Shown piece after piece: positions 37,596 through 51,391 of a stretch of DNA of 64,000 bases (position 1 is the stretch's first letter; the number at the start of each line of letters is the position of its first letter). Source of the stretch: Trichoplax adhaerens. Lineage: Eukaryota > Animalia > Placozoa. The notes below the pieces were generated by a model. That model was not told where the DNA came from. It did no database searches and saw only the letters and a list, made by a program, of their open reading frames with translations. Location: assembly GCF_000150275.1 (NCBI RefSeq), contig NW_002060948.1:3671183-3735182 (forward strand), in the 5' to 3' direction. Made by a program: the position numbers and the translations under genes.

Positions 37596-38153
37596 TGATT
37601 TATCTGATGAGGATCAATATTTTTAAGAGTATCAGTAATACTGTAATATCAAATTACGTAGTCAAATCAAGTTCTACTATATTCACTCTACACGAGTACA
37701 TAGAGGGATGAATTTATGTTATTACAATCCATAAGAAAATTGATACGTTATTCTTAAACGTTCTCTAAGGCTAGTGAAGTATATATATATCACTGTACGT
37801 ATATTGCATTATTTTTTTCTCTATTTCGAACATATGTTGGATTTAATTGATAATCAATTTATCATCATATGACTGAGAATCCTTCATTTTACTATTTCTC
37901 CTTTTTTTATACTGCAATTTGTAAGGAAATATCTTAAAAATGTCAATTCACCACCGCTACGAACAAGGTTAAGATATCGCATTAAAATTAAATAAATTAA
38001 TTAAAGAGCTACGTCATATTTAAACGGTCTTGCATGTAATTGTATGACTTTATTGTACTGTACTATATGAAAAATAAATTGGCATATTACCCAATATTGC
38101 CTTATCTAAATACTTAAAAAACACTAGAATTGTGTAGGTATACTACGATACTC

Positions 38154-39482
38154 TCATTGACGTAAACAGTGTGCTGTGCCAATGTCTACCATTCCACTAT
38201 TGTCAACACTATTTTTGCCTGTTAACATTGAAGAACACAGGAACACAAATATACTGTAGAACTATAAACTGACGTAATCACGTCTAATATTAGTTAATAT
38301 GTCCACCATGTTTTAGTTTAAAAGGTAATGCAAGCTTCTTTCGCCAATAGAAATAGATCGGTTACTGGTAATGAGATGATAACATCATTTCAAATGAGGG
38401 CAAAATATCTAAAATATCTATCTTTGACATTTCATTGGGATATTAGTAATATGGAATCAACAGCCAACCGTATTCCAACGCCGTATGTCATGAATACTGT
38501 ATACGTCATGATGAAGGTATACGAGACCATGGTATAAAAAAACCCTCTGCAAAATAATCATATCGGAAATTGTAGTCCTATCAATACGTAACTTGTTTTC
38601 TATTGTCAGCTCTATAGTGTGAATTATGGCTCATTTTCGATCATCTCTACGGTACAAGACATTGTAATGGAAAATAATAAATTGATTTAATACCAGTCCA
38701 TTAACAAATTGCTAGCGCTGATTGCAAACTCTACAGGTTGATGATGCAAATAAACATATCCAAAACAATTGTATTTTTTCCTTCATCATTAGTATATTTA
38801 GTCGTTCCAATGATATTGACGGATGACATTGCCACAACTTTGTAGCATAATATCATTGATATGGATGTCATTTACGCAAGTTTCTTTTAACCTTGAAATC
38901 ACGACAAGAATTGCCTATGAAATGATGAAAATATGATTGGGCAGTATGCCGTGTCCAAGTGGTTACAAGCCTTCATTTTTCGGCACACCTGTATTCTCGA
39001 TCTTGATGCAAAAATATTCTTTATTTTCTACGGCAATCTTCATCACTATATTAACGATCGTAGAATGGACTTGATCCCACGATCGTGTTGGCATACAATA
39101 TTCAGCATGTTATGTCGTTCTATCTTTATAGTATTACTGTAGTCTATTACACTCGCTGTTGATGTCCTTTCTAATCTTGCTCCACTTACCCTTTCAATCG
39201 AAGTAGACTCTAGGGTAATTGGCCGATCGATCGTCGCTCGGTATCAATTCTATTCGTAAGGAGGAGATAGGCTAAGGTGTAAACCAATACCGAAGTAATT
39301 AAAACGATGGACTATTCTGTAGATTAAAACTATCGATTAATTAGCCAGCGATGGCCCAATGAATAATGTATAGAATAGGTACCAATCATCGACTGGATTG
39401 GCAAGACTTTAGAATCCAGTCTGTTAACAATGGTCGCTTGTTGCTGAAAGCTGGAATATTGTCCGAGGAGAACGAGAATCGA
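38154..39482 (-). CDS. Candidate small multi-exon membrane protein, weakly copper-transporter (CTR/SLC31)-like; 5' exon unresolved
   Basis: Six GT-AG exons (39383-39482, 39190-39209, 38989-39027, 38892-38914, 38469-38546, 38154-38253) can be joined in phase to give SILVLL...RIQAILVVISRGFFYTMVSYTFIMTYTVFMTYGVGIRIFVFLCSSMLTG...MVDIGTAHCLRQ*. Exons were picked among alternatives. Confidence 0.3.
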
Positions 39483-40863
39483 CTACAATAGCTACTCATG
39501 AAATTGTAATCATCCAAGAATCAATACACTATCAAGATCTACTCTTAACGCTTATGTTAGACTACTTAAGTCGATGATTTAATCCAACCAGCAAAACGAA
39601 TTGGATTATCCTAATGGAAAGTGCAATCAACTAACCGGTTGTGTCCACGATGAAAAATGGCGATAACCAACTCATCCAAGCCCGAAGCTTGTTTACCCGT
39701 TTGACTACTGTCCCAACACTAGGATGTGACGTCACAACAGTGTACTGTACAGTACTGTACCTTGAGTGCATGTGACAACTCGGTACCATTTGGTCACTAA
39801 CCGTGCTGTACCGTACCATGGTGGGAGTCGTGTATGACATTTTCACCCTTAAAGTCATTACAGCCTTACCCAGGTCTTGTGACTTCCAAGTGACACCAAA
39901 GTGCGTCAACTTGCCATTGGTTGGTGGTACAGTACAGCGGTAAGGGGATTGACATCATCTTGCCCTGTGCAAAATAGACGACCTTGTTGAGTATAGTGAT
40001 CGACAGGTTATATAGTGACACACCATTCTGCACATGGATTGATGAAAAAAACCAAAGACACCCATAATTTTACTAGTCATTTCCAGTTTATTGCATGTCT
40101 GCAACGGTATGTCTATGTCATGGGTCGTGACATCCATCCTGTCCGTGATGAACGTTCAAATGTCGCCAAGAACTATGATAGAGTGATAGACACTTTGGCC
40201 TGTACCATAGAGTAAAATGATCGAAAAAATGAGAAACCTCTTCTATTATGTTGTACTAAATAGCTCCTTCTTGTCCCCTCGCTTATTACTAGTATGGCAA
40301 TACAAATAGAAATACCACATGGAGTTTTTTTAATTTGTAATCATAGAGTGATTGGTTGATTCTACGTTGTCAGAGTTTATGGCAATAATTCATGGAAGGA
40401 TTATGAAAGCTACGATTCAAGCCGTGTCGACTTGTTATTACAGTTTGCAATACTGTGAACTGGATTACTATACTGTACACTGTAGTGTATTCTGTATACA
40501 GTACAGTAAGTGATTTTCTCATCGATTCATTCTATAAACTAAGTAGAAACTTTCAGATCACTCAAAGTAGACTCTTTATTCATCGTTTGGGGGGGGGGGG
40601 GGAAACAGTCGGGAAAAAGGACATGGTAAAGCGCGGCCGGCCATTTTACTGGTCTAGTACAGTACTGTCGAATTGTTGGTGTGCTCAATGTAGGACCATA
40701 GCTGTTTCCAGACAACCTACAAATTCATCTTGCAGTAGCACAGAATCTTTAATATACGTGTACAGTATGGATACTCAACTTTGAGTGTTTCTAGTAGAAG
40801 AAAGAAAACCTTGTACTCATACTACCCTAATAATCTACTGTATGCCATACTGCAGCTGTAGAA

Positions 40864-41888
40864 CATCCAGCAGTCCGTGGCTATGCCTTCTATTTTTGCG
40901 TCTTTCCTTCTCTCCAGCGGTCATCGAGCCATTTTAAAGTAGTGGAATTTCAAAACGAGTTTGCTGTAGTATGCACATCCAGTAGTCCATGGCTATGCAT
41001 TCTATTTTTGCGTCTTTCCTTCTTCCCAGCGGTCATCGAGCCATTTTAGAGTGGAATTTCAAATCCAGTTTGCTGTAATACATCCAGTAGTCCACGGCTA
41101 TGCCTTTTATTTGGCGTCTTTCCTTCTTTCCAGCGGTCATCGAGCCATTTTAGAGTGGAATTTCAAATCCAGTTTGCTGTAGTACATCCAGTAGTCCATG
41201 GCTATGCCTTCTATTTTTGCGTCTTTCCTTCTTCCCAGCGGTCATGTATATCCAGTAGTCCATGGCTATTCCTTCTATTTTTGCGTCTTTCCTTCTTCCC
41301 AGCGGTCATCGAGCCATTTTAGAGTGGAATTTCAAATCCAGTTGCTGTAGTACATCCAGTAGTCCATACTATGCCTTCTATTTGGCGTCTTTCCTTCTTT
41401 CCAGCGGTCATCGAGCCATTTTAGAGTGGAATTTCAAATCCAGTTTGCTGTAGTACATCCAGTAGTCCATGGCTATGCCTTCTATTTTTGCGTCTTTCCT
41501 TCTTCCCAGCGGTCATGTACATCCAGTAGTCCATGGCTATTCCTTCTATTTTTGCGTCTTTCCTTCTTCCCAGCGGTCATCGAGCCATTTTAGAGTGGAA
41601 TTTCAAATCCAGTTTGCTGTAGTACATCCAGTAGTCCATACTATGCCTTCTATTTGGCGTCTTTCCTTCTTTCCAGCGGTCATCGAGCCATTTTAGAGTG
41701 GAATTTCAAATCCAGTTTGCTGTAGTACATCCAGTAGTCCATGGCTATGCCTTCTATTTTTGCGTCTTTCCTTCTTCCCAGCGGTCATGAACATCCAGTA
41801 GTCCATGGCTATCCCTTCTATTTTTGCGTCTTTCCTTCTTCCCAGCGGTCATCGAGCCATTTTAGAGTGGAATTTCAAATCCAGTTTG
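40864..41888. repeat. Minisatellite with higher-order structure (11 monomers; L-L'-S trimer of ~272 bp x3)
   Basis: Monomers start at 40864, 40976, 41081, 41185, 41249, 41353, 41456, 41520, 41625, 41728, 41792; long ~104 bp and short 64 bp forms alternate regularly. Confidence 0.95.
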
Positions 41889-42559
41889 ATCGTTGATGAT
41901 TGGATGACAAGTAAAGCAATACCAAGCAACACTACCGTTAGAAGGGAGTTGCAACTGCGCACGAGCAAGTAATTCAAGCCGAGTAAAAATCAAAACAGAC
42001 GCCAAGCAACTTCATTGATCGATTCCCACTCGTAAATGGATCTTCAGCCCGCTTTGCTAATGGCTAAACTGGACTAAGCTAGACTAAACTATCCTATGTG
42101 CAGAATTGATTAACATTGCATTCCACTTACTGACCTCAAAATTGTGGTTAAACAGTCAGTAAAAACATCAACAAGACTCGGATCAAGTCGATTATACACC
42201 ATCATTGCCTACGCAGTTTGCCAATCATGGTAAGAATATTGCTTTCAATGATGTCCACAGTGATGCAAATGTCAACTAACTGTTACATCTTGCGACTTCT
42301 AAAAGAGGACAAGCTCTATTTAAGAGTCTCTACTACATGTCTATACCATGGTTATGTATTTCAACTTCAATGTTGTACTCTTTTCCTAGTTTTTACGCTA
42401 TTGCACTTTGTTGTGAGAGTATAGTCAAGACTGCTTTAAACCACATCTACAGAATGCAAACGTCAGCTCATGCTATATGCTAAGATCATTATTAATTTTA
42501 ACTGACTTTGAATGTTGCACTGTCTTTTCTTACTTTCTTCCCAGCATCCTAGTGGCACC

Positions 42560-45063
42560 ATGCAAGCTAGCACACCCAAACGGTACTCTAAACAATTACA
42601 TCAAGATGGTAATCAAAGACCTAATTTAAACTTAGCTGCACAAGACTTGGGCGATCCAAGTAAACCTAAATCCATTTTATTAGCAACTAATCAGACTCCA
42701 AAGAAGGAAAACTTGGTATGAAAATTGGGAATAGTCATCATACCAGTATAATGCAATCGATAAGAAAGCCAATATGGATCATGTTGATGAATGATAGCAA
42801 CTGAAAGGATGCTGTCATTTCTTTCATACTGGCTTCTATTTAGAAATGAATACAGTATAGCTTTTATTCCATTGACACCTACAGCAGTGTAGTATAGATT
42901 GTACAACTACCGTATATTAGAACTCTGCAAGCATCAAATTCCCCATATCAATACATTTCAACCTACGACAGAAATGCTCTTTGCTTTGAGTTCACTTCTA
43001 GATACTTTACAGGTCACAGTTCATCAACAGTAAATTAGGGTGATAAGTTAATCGATATCATCAAATGACTTGTTTACGATCAGTACTACTGACCAATGTT
43101 AGATTATGAAATGGAAGGTAGCAACTTGATAAGTAGGAAGAAGACTGTATAAATGCTCCGTGATTATAATTATAGAATAGTACAAACATACAGTATAGTA
43201 CATAATGATAGGATGTATGTGTACAATAGCTCACAAAAGCTAGATACGAAAATGAAACCTTAATATAGAATATTCCATACCTCTCCTATGAAATACCTTA
43301 ATTAATGACTACGTGCATTAGTATAAACTTTCAGTGAATGAATGCAATACACCTACTTAAGCCTAAACTATGGTAGTAAAAAGTTACGCACTAATACACA
43401 CAATGTTATAACATTGATATCTATAGTGTAGAGCCATTATTCTCTCACTTGAAATTCTTAACCATGCATACTTTCGCTATCAATCTATTAGTCTGTTCGA
43501 TTCGAAGATTCATTTCAACGGCAAGTAAGAAAATCGCCTAGTCACACCAGTCGTGCAACGCAGCATGAATGGATTTCCTCATTGATGGATAATTCCCGTA
43601 ACATAAACGAAGAGGACCCTTGTGAATCAAACTTTAAAGACATTTTAGAATTCCGTAGAGTTAATAGGGAGGAATGTGAATGCGACATTGAAAGAATGCG
43701 CGAGCTAGAATTAGGACTGTAAGTCCATAAGCACGCACTATGCAAATCCTACTTCTATCTACCAAAGACTGATTTACTACTATATTATCATAAATTTATA
43801 ATGAATACTCTACTATAGATTGTACGATCCACATAATAATAATTCATCATTTTCTTCTCAGACTTTGGCTTAATAAATAAATATCTGAAACTCTATCATA
43901 GTCGTAAATAACGTAACCTTACTAACGAAAGCCATTATTAACAATTATGCCATACGTAGATCTCAATCAGCCCATTTGCTTCCGCAAGATGACTCATTGC
44001 CTAAACGAAGTAAGTATACCAAATTGTTTCAAATCATTATCATAACGAATCACAATTACTCAAGTGAAAAATAATGCAATCCACCACTGAGTAAGACCAC
44101 ATGCATTTGATATCTCGAAAATTTTAATAACACTATTTCACTTGTAATCATTGATCGCAATAGAAATTCATCACTATTACGTCAATGATAGACTTTTTCT
44201 AGAGCCAGTCTATATTGATAATGAAGGTTATCACGAAACAGGAACACCCTCATATCTAGATAATATACGGTAAGAACACGTATCAAGCTATATTTTGACT
44301 TGCTATTGGACTGTTCATATCTAAGCCAATAAAGCTGTAATACTTGAGTCCTACAGTAGTATTGTATTATGAAATCGAAGGCGATAATCCTACAACTAGT
44401 TTATATAATTTAATTGTTTCACAATTAAGTTATTTTTCGTAATTAATTAACTTTCGTGTAGGGTTACATTACGACATTCCATCCTTGAACCACAAGACAA
44501 AGTTAAACCACATAGGAGAAACAGCTTCGATCCAAGGGATTCAATGAGTTTATCCCAAGTGAGTAAAAATACTAGCAATAATCCTAAAGAGTAAATGGTA
44601 ATTTGAATCAACTACTTAAGAGTGGGAATTAACTAACAGATTGACTGACAGCTAGCTCTTCGCTTACAACACACAGCATTGCTTAGCAGGTTGGAAAAGC
44701 TCCAAGCTAAATATCACACAATCGTCATCACCGATGGATCTACGCTCTGCTGCAAATCAACCTTTCATAAGAACGGTAATAATCTATCTAATAAAGAGAA
44801 TGACAACGTATATAAACTAAAATGCATACTACTATAGTATTACTACAAGTGAATCCTTATTGATACCAGCAACCCTTGACACTAAATTGACTTACCAACG
44901 TTCTTTATTTTTTCTACCATTACAGCGCATGCAACCAGTACAAAATGAGAAAGCAAGCAAAGTCCCATCGAATAGTACGAAAGATTTAATAGATCGCATG
45001 CACGCGATAAACTATACCATGCAGTTATTAGAAAAAGAGCAGCAGTCACTCGGAGATGTATAA
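42560..45063 (+). CDS. Uncharacterised ~300-aa protein, 7 coding exons, short C-terminal coiled coil
   Basis: Phase-consistent GT-AG exons near 42545-42716, 43492-43719, 43960-44009, 44164-44270, 44462-44558, 44656-44775, 44926-45063 (MQASTPKR...KENL|SVRFED...|...DLIDRMHAINYTMQLLEKEQQSLGDV*). Family not recognised; an upstream coding exon is possible. Confidence 0.7.
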
Positions 45064-46190
45064 ATTTGGGTAAATGAACACGGTAAACTATTCACAAAAT
45101 TATTGCCGCCTCTATAATCGCTCCTCAATAAAAAGTGAAGTGGCAAAGCTATACACGCCTAATTAACTATCGAGAGCTCAATAAGGTTGATAGTAAGTAT
45201 TACTAATACAGGGAAAATGGCAGCTACTATTAATCCTTAAGTATAACGCAACATACGTATGAAATAGATCCAGGAGTTGTATACTTGGTACAGTATTTAT
45301 AAAAAGAAATGTGGCAATAACCAAACTAAACCTCTAGTCACTTTCAATCTGTACAGATCTCTTACCATCATGGATGTTATTGTTACATCAATTTTAAACA
45401 ATTTTGTAATATTGACATTGTATTTATTTTTGGTTCTTCATTATTATCTGATGTGATGATATATTCGATTTCTCAGCTGAACCGGTAACATTGATTATAC
45501 TATATAAATTAGAGTTACGGAAGTACCGTAAAGAAAAATGCGTTATCGCCATATAAAAGTACTATAAAGCACAATAAATTTTAAATCTTATTACGATAAA
45601 TCATGTAATCGTAAAAGAACTGAAAACGTTACATTTACCATAAACGTAGTTCGCCTTAAGGCATCATATGAGAGATTTACAAACTTAAAAACAATCACAC
45701 ATGTGAACATATACACCAATTTTTGCAGACCTACTAATGAACTACTACTATACTGTACAATAAGATAGTTGGGCTTAATTAAATCCTTAGAACGATATTC
45801 CTGTGTAGGCAACAATGCCTTGCATTATTACCCAACGCCCAAAGAGCCAACCATCTCAGCAATGTTCATCAAATATTACAGTTAGTTTACAGAGAAAAAA
45901 TTTGTTATTAAATCATCGATATTAACCAACTGCGACTCTACTGCAAATTCGGCACAAAAGCCGTTCGTTGTACATGATATCAATTTATATCCTCACATTT
46001 CTTAATACATGTCAAAATGCTTTATAAGCATCTCATTTAAAATCTACATCTACAGTTCTATACTTTAGCAAGTACAAGGTAAAAAGAATGCATACGAACC
46101 GCGAATCGCTAAAATTTAACCTATCACTAAAGATTTACGCATATATTGGTGTGTCCTAAAATGTATATGTTCTATACACATAGCCAGTAC

Positions 46191-49100
46191 CTAATATCCA
46201 GGAAATAGTGGTCTGCCAGATGGACCCACAATAGTGACATTTGCAGCTATATGAATAATATACAGAACAAGAAAGCTTACACCGACGATAACTAAAATAA
46301 TTAACAACGCGATTGAACTAGCTTTGAAAGAAATGATAAATCTAGGGGGCCCAGTGAAAGACAATAAAGCAGCACATATTGTCAATGTATAAATAATAGA
46401 AAAGAGAGTGTTAATGACGACGATCTGCCCAAATTTCGCCAACAACTGTATCTGAGTAAAGCACAGAGGTATAGTAGCTAAGATAGTTGTCAACGCCGAA
46501 CTTAATATCGAGGTACCGATATGCGACATGGATGAAGATGTCCGCCACACTCGCAATTCTTTAAGACTCTATTAGGGAGAAAGAAATTAAAATTTTCCTA
46601 TTAAAACAATAAATCTAACCAAATGACACACAAAATTGTCCTACACTACACTCGGAATACGCATAAAATGGAACACATTTTAAAATGTATTTGCTTTGCG
46701 TTAAAGTACACGTAGATCATATTTATCACTGAAGTATTGATGTGAAGACAGTGAATACAATTACTTTCTACCGCAGTTACACTGCCTACTTACTGACGAT
46801 ATAAAAAGTAATACGAAGTATCTACGGGTATAGATATATTAACGTTTAATATTCACCATTTTTTGCGGCAACTTTCTTCCTGCAATAAGATAGCCTTCAA
46901 CTAAGTGTGCGCAATAGTCAACAGACGTGCCAACTATTATAGATAACGAAACCGCTTCAACCATTCCCAACTGCCATCCAGCAATATAAAATGTGAATGT
47001 CACAGAAAAAGCCACGCACGTGATAGTAATCAGGCTTATTAAGGTTAAATAGAAATTACCAGTAAAAAAGGCAACGGAACCAATACATAATGTTAAAGAA
47101 AGAACTACACCATAAATAGCTCCACCAACTGCAGTAACCTCAATAAAAACTCTCTGCCAATAAGAACTTGTTTGAAACACTGATTTAACACTATTAGGCA
47201 TCTTAGGATCCTCTTTAATGCCTTTTATCAAGTTTTCCCATTCCTGATAGTCTGCATTCGAGATAAAAGAGGATTGGCCCATATAAATTTTCTAAATAGA
47301 TTTAACAATAATCATATTTTAGGTAAACGTTGGACATTAATTATTCGTAACAGCACCTGAAAATAGCTAACGCAAATTTTAACATTTTATTAAATGGGGG
47401 ATATGCTTACTAATTAAGCATTACCTCATAAAATACAGATAACTTACTGAAATAAAGACCATTGAAAGCCATTTTATTGCAGTTCTATCCTTAGATATCC
47501 CAACTATTGCAGCATCTGGCGTATTTGAATCGAAAGAATTAGGCCTAGGTAGCCCACTACAATCCCCTTTTACGTAACCTTCCAACAGTAATAATATGGT
47601 GTTAGGGAAACATTTCGCTCCTCCTTGTTTTACCAATTTCTCAGTATTGGCGATCTTTTTGCATATACGACATAGAGCAAATAAAGTTGCTTTCGTTTTT
47701 GGTTTAAGATTGCGATAGTCAGTAATACTATCAACAATAGTAAATTTAGGATCATAGATTACGGTTCCCTATAATACAAGCAGTGGTGTAAATAAATTTG
47801 CAGGCATATAAACAAGATTACGAACGTAATAACAGCTTATTGCTATCAGCGATACACATCAGTGAATATCAAGCTAGCGGCAATACCTCAGTTTTCTCAG
47901 GTCCATTATTCGATGAGACATTAGTGTTGTCGATACCTTTTATTCCAAAAACAATATTAATAATAGCGGTATTATCCATTGCTGGAGGTTGTACAATTGG
48001 ATTGCAATCTTCTTTACATGGATTTATACTCGGATCATCTGTAGCCACAGTTTTAGCAGTTGATGCGGCAGTTGTCAATGGTGGTGTAGTAATAAACTGA
48101 TGTGTAGCCTCGGAGCTTGACGATAAAGTTGACACCGGCTTCTTAGTTGTGGTAGTCGTTGGTGTTTTAGTGCTTACGCGAAAGGTTGTAGTCTCCGATA
48201 GAGGTGCAGTAACATTAGGCTTTAAAGGTGACGGTGATGAAGAGGACGTCGAGGCTTCTGAAGCAAAAGTTGAAGGCGTTGTACTTTCATGCGTATTATC
48301 AATTGTAGAATTACTACTCTGTTGCGAAACAGTAGGAGTTGTAGTTAGTGGCTGTGTAGTGGATGCAAATGTGGTTGGTGTTGGCGTTGTAGTAGGAGAA
48401 ACAGTAGTAGATACAGTAGTTGGTGGTGGATTAGTAACCACTGGCATTGGTGGTATAAAGATACCAGAACAAGTAAAGCAATCGAGATTCGAATCACTTG
48501 TAATGTTGTAACGAATGTTTATCAATGTTTGCAGATTAGTACTTTCGCCAAAGAAAGCAGGTAATCTTGTTGCAGTTCTTAACTGTGTACATACTACAGC
48601 TGCTGCAGCAACAAGAATAACTGTAAATATGATAATGCAAGTTTTCTTCGCTTGTATTACTCTTTTGGCAATATAATAATATATAAATCGTTGAATTAAT
48701 TCAGGTAGGCTATCCAAGCTAGAGACTCCTTCACCTTCATCATTCTCAACGTCACCGTTTTCCGATATCTTTTCCATGATCTTTCTGTAATCTTCCCTTG
48801 TGTATGGCCCAATCTCCTTCATTTCACTACCATCAGAAATATCCGGAATTTCAACAATATTTGTTAAACCACTTGAAAGTTCAGTATTGCATTCATTCCT
48901 AGTAGGAACATCTCTATAACTAGTATCAGAAAGATGGGCCTCAAGATCCCTTGGAAGGCGGGGTAACCAAGAAGATGCTGACGCTTTACAGCAACGAATT
49001 CGACGCATCAGCCAATTAGAAAAACGACTCTCTTTTTCTTCCAAGTATAGTGACCATATACATAATGCAGATGGCATCAGTAAAATATCAATTACCCAAC

Positions 49101-51391
49101 AGGCTATAACCAACAGAGCAGTAAATAAACCGAAGTCGCGCACCGCTGGTATCTATTTATGAAAGTAAAATGAAAATTTGAGGTTATAAAAAAATTATGA
49201 AAGTTCCCATAAATCTATAATCACATCATATCTTACCTCAGAAAGTGTATTAGCTGCGAAAGCTACAGCAGTTGTAAAAGAAGTAAACAAGGTAGCTTTG
49301 CCTGCCGTGATAACAGTAAAAGATAGCCTTCTACTTAACTCCTTCATGTGAATTGTCTGCCGAAATGTATTTATAAAGACAAAAACATCATCCACTCCAA
49401 TACCAATGAGAACAAACAAAGAGGTTCCATTTAAAATGCCAATGGTCGGTATACCAGCCAGAACACGATGAATAAAGTAAGCAATTGGAAAACTTAATAC
49501 AATACTAAGTAACCCGATAACGGTTAAGTAGACAGAAAATGACGTTAAAATGAAGAAGACTATAAAAATCAATCCCAAACTAATTCCAGCCAACTTGATG
49601 TCATTAAAAAAAGCACTATTCACTTCGTAATCAAAAATTTGTGGACCACCATAAAGAACGCGGACATTTCTAGTCAAAAAGAGGATGCAAAATGAAATAT
49701 GAGAATATGTCTATTACAAAACGTAGATTAGCAGTATTACTAATTAAATGAAACTGCACTAAATCGGTTATTATCAAAGACTGTGATGATAAGCTGATTT
49801 ACCATCATTTAGATCGATTAAAAATTTATATCTGATCGAATTAGAAATACAACAATCTACATTTAAAATTATCTTTATATTCCATAATATCCTTGTGTGC
49901 AAGACTGCATAAAACCAGCATCACTGTGACATCATTTACATAACAGATATCTTTGTTAAAAAAAAATTTTTTTTTTGCGCTAACGATAACTGAAATCACA
50001 TTTTTAGTGACAGCAAGATTCATGCAGTAATAACCGAAAGCGATTATAAGATTAGCTCTATTTCATAAGCAACTACTGTTTATCAAGATTTGCCGCGTAG
50101 CCACACCAATATACCATCATTCATCTAATGCTATGACGAAAATCACGAAATACGAGACTATCATAACATCAAAGCCTGAATACCAGAACATTTTGACATC
50201 TAATACCGTACTTTACATGCTTCTGCTGCTTGACCTACTGTGCATTAGGTCTAGCCAGTATTACATAGTTGTCGATTAGCTATTGACAATCTTCTGAGAT
50301 AATGCTTTTCAAAAACGGTATCATATGATTTAATATCGTTAAAGTATTGCTTCCCAGAACTAATTGGCAGCAATAGATAAGTATACCCACACATAAACAC
50401 TCTTATCAACTTACTCAGTTGACGCCTTGCTTAACATATCGACGTATGTGACAACAAACTTGGTAAATTTTTCACGCTGCTTGTAAAATTGATCATAAGG
50501 CCCATTGTAGCCATGTAAAGGTATACCAAAAATAGCCTGAGCACGTAATAATCGGCTGCCATTTTCTTCATTAATATTACTATCGAAATACCAATAAGAT
50601 TCACGCTTGGATAAGATATAACGTAATGTCCCTGGTATATTCGCCAGTTTATCACCCTGTCCGTCAAATTTTAATCCATGTGGAGTTTGTGATGGAAAAA
50701 AATAAGTTGTTAGACTATTTAATGGCATACAATAGTTGATATCCTTCAATCTTTCATTGTTAAAAGACTGATATGAACGCCAACAGAAATTGGTAAAACC
50801 AGGGTGATTAATAATCTTTCTTTCAATTCCGCGTATATCGAGTAAACGCTGCGCAGTAAATATATTTTGACCATGATCATCGCCTCCTTGGGCAACATAG
50901 ACTAAGTCCATAACCCAAATAGCAAAAGACTGAGAGAATTGATCAGAAGGAGCCCTTTCCTTCCTTTTATTATGATGGTATAACTGATTATAATCAAAGG
51001 TTCGCTCCAAATCAATCCTTCGACGCTGACGATTCCATGAATTAAAATCGTAGAAGTTCTGCCAATGTTGAGTACTGTTAAGACTCTCTTCAGTGATTGA
51101 CAAACTTCTCTTCTTCGTATTTGTATTCTCCTTATAAAAATTGGTTGTTGCTACTCTCAAAGCTTCTCTCCGAATGTAGGTAGGATGATTAGTTATTTCA
51201 AATGCTTGCAATGAAATTTCAACACGAACAGGATAATATCCCAAGGTAATTGCTAATAAACCGCACGGAATAATGATAGTACACATCATAATGATAGCAG
51301 CAACCCATGGTTTAGCATAATTTCGTGTTACTGGATATAAATATTGATAGATGTCCTTTCTCGGTTGAGGTTGGATAGAGTAGGAAGGCAT
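46191..51391 (-). CDS. DISP3: Dispatched/Patched RND-family sterol-sensing-domain protein, DISP3/PTCHD2-like (6 coding exons)
   Basis: TM1 plus large lumenal loop (NIFTAQRLLDIRGIERKI...FC, CMPLNSLTTYFFPS), sterol-sensing domain with GIGVDDVFVF and ATLFTSFTTAVAF, RDFGLFTAL, second half with GWQLGMVEAVSLSIIVGTSVDYCAHL and SILSSALTT. Confidence 0.85.

Noticed and set aside
38546-38735. Selenoprotein or gustatory-receptor-like reading via a junction-made TGA (LLMD-U-GFFY)
   Set aside because: No redox motif or SECIS identified; an alternative exon chain avoids the TGA.
41262-41696. Two similar short ORFs (MAIPSIFASFLLPSGH...)
   Set aside because: Products of the minisatellite; unit lengths are not multiples of three.
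47798-48511. Plus-strand Val/Gly-rich ORFs
   Set aside because: Antisense shadows of the Thr/Pro-rich DISP3-like exon.
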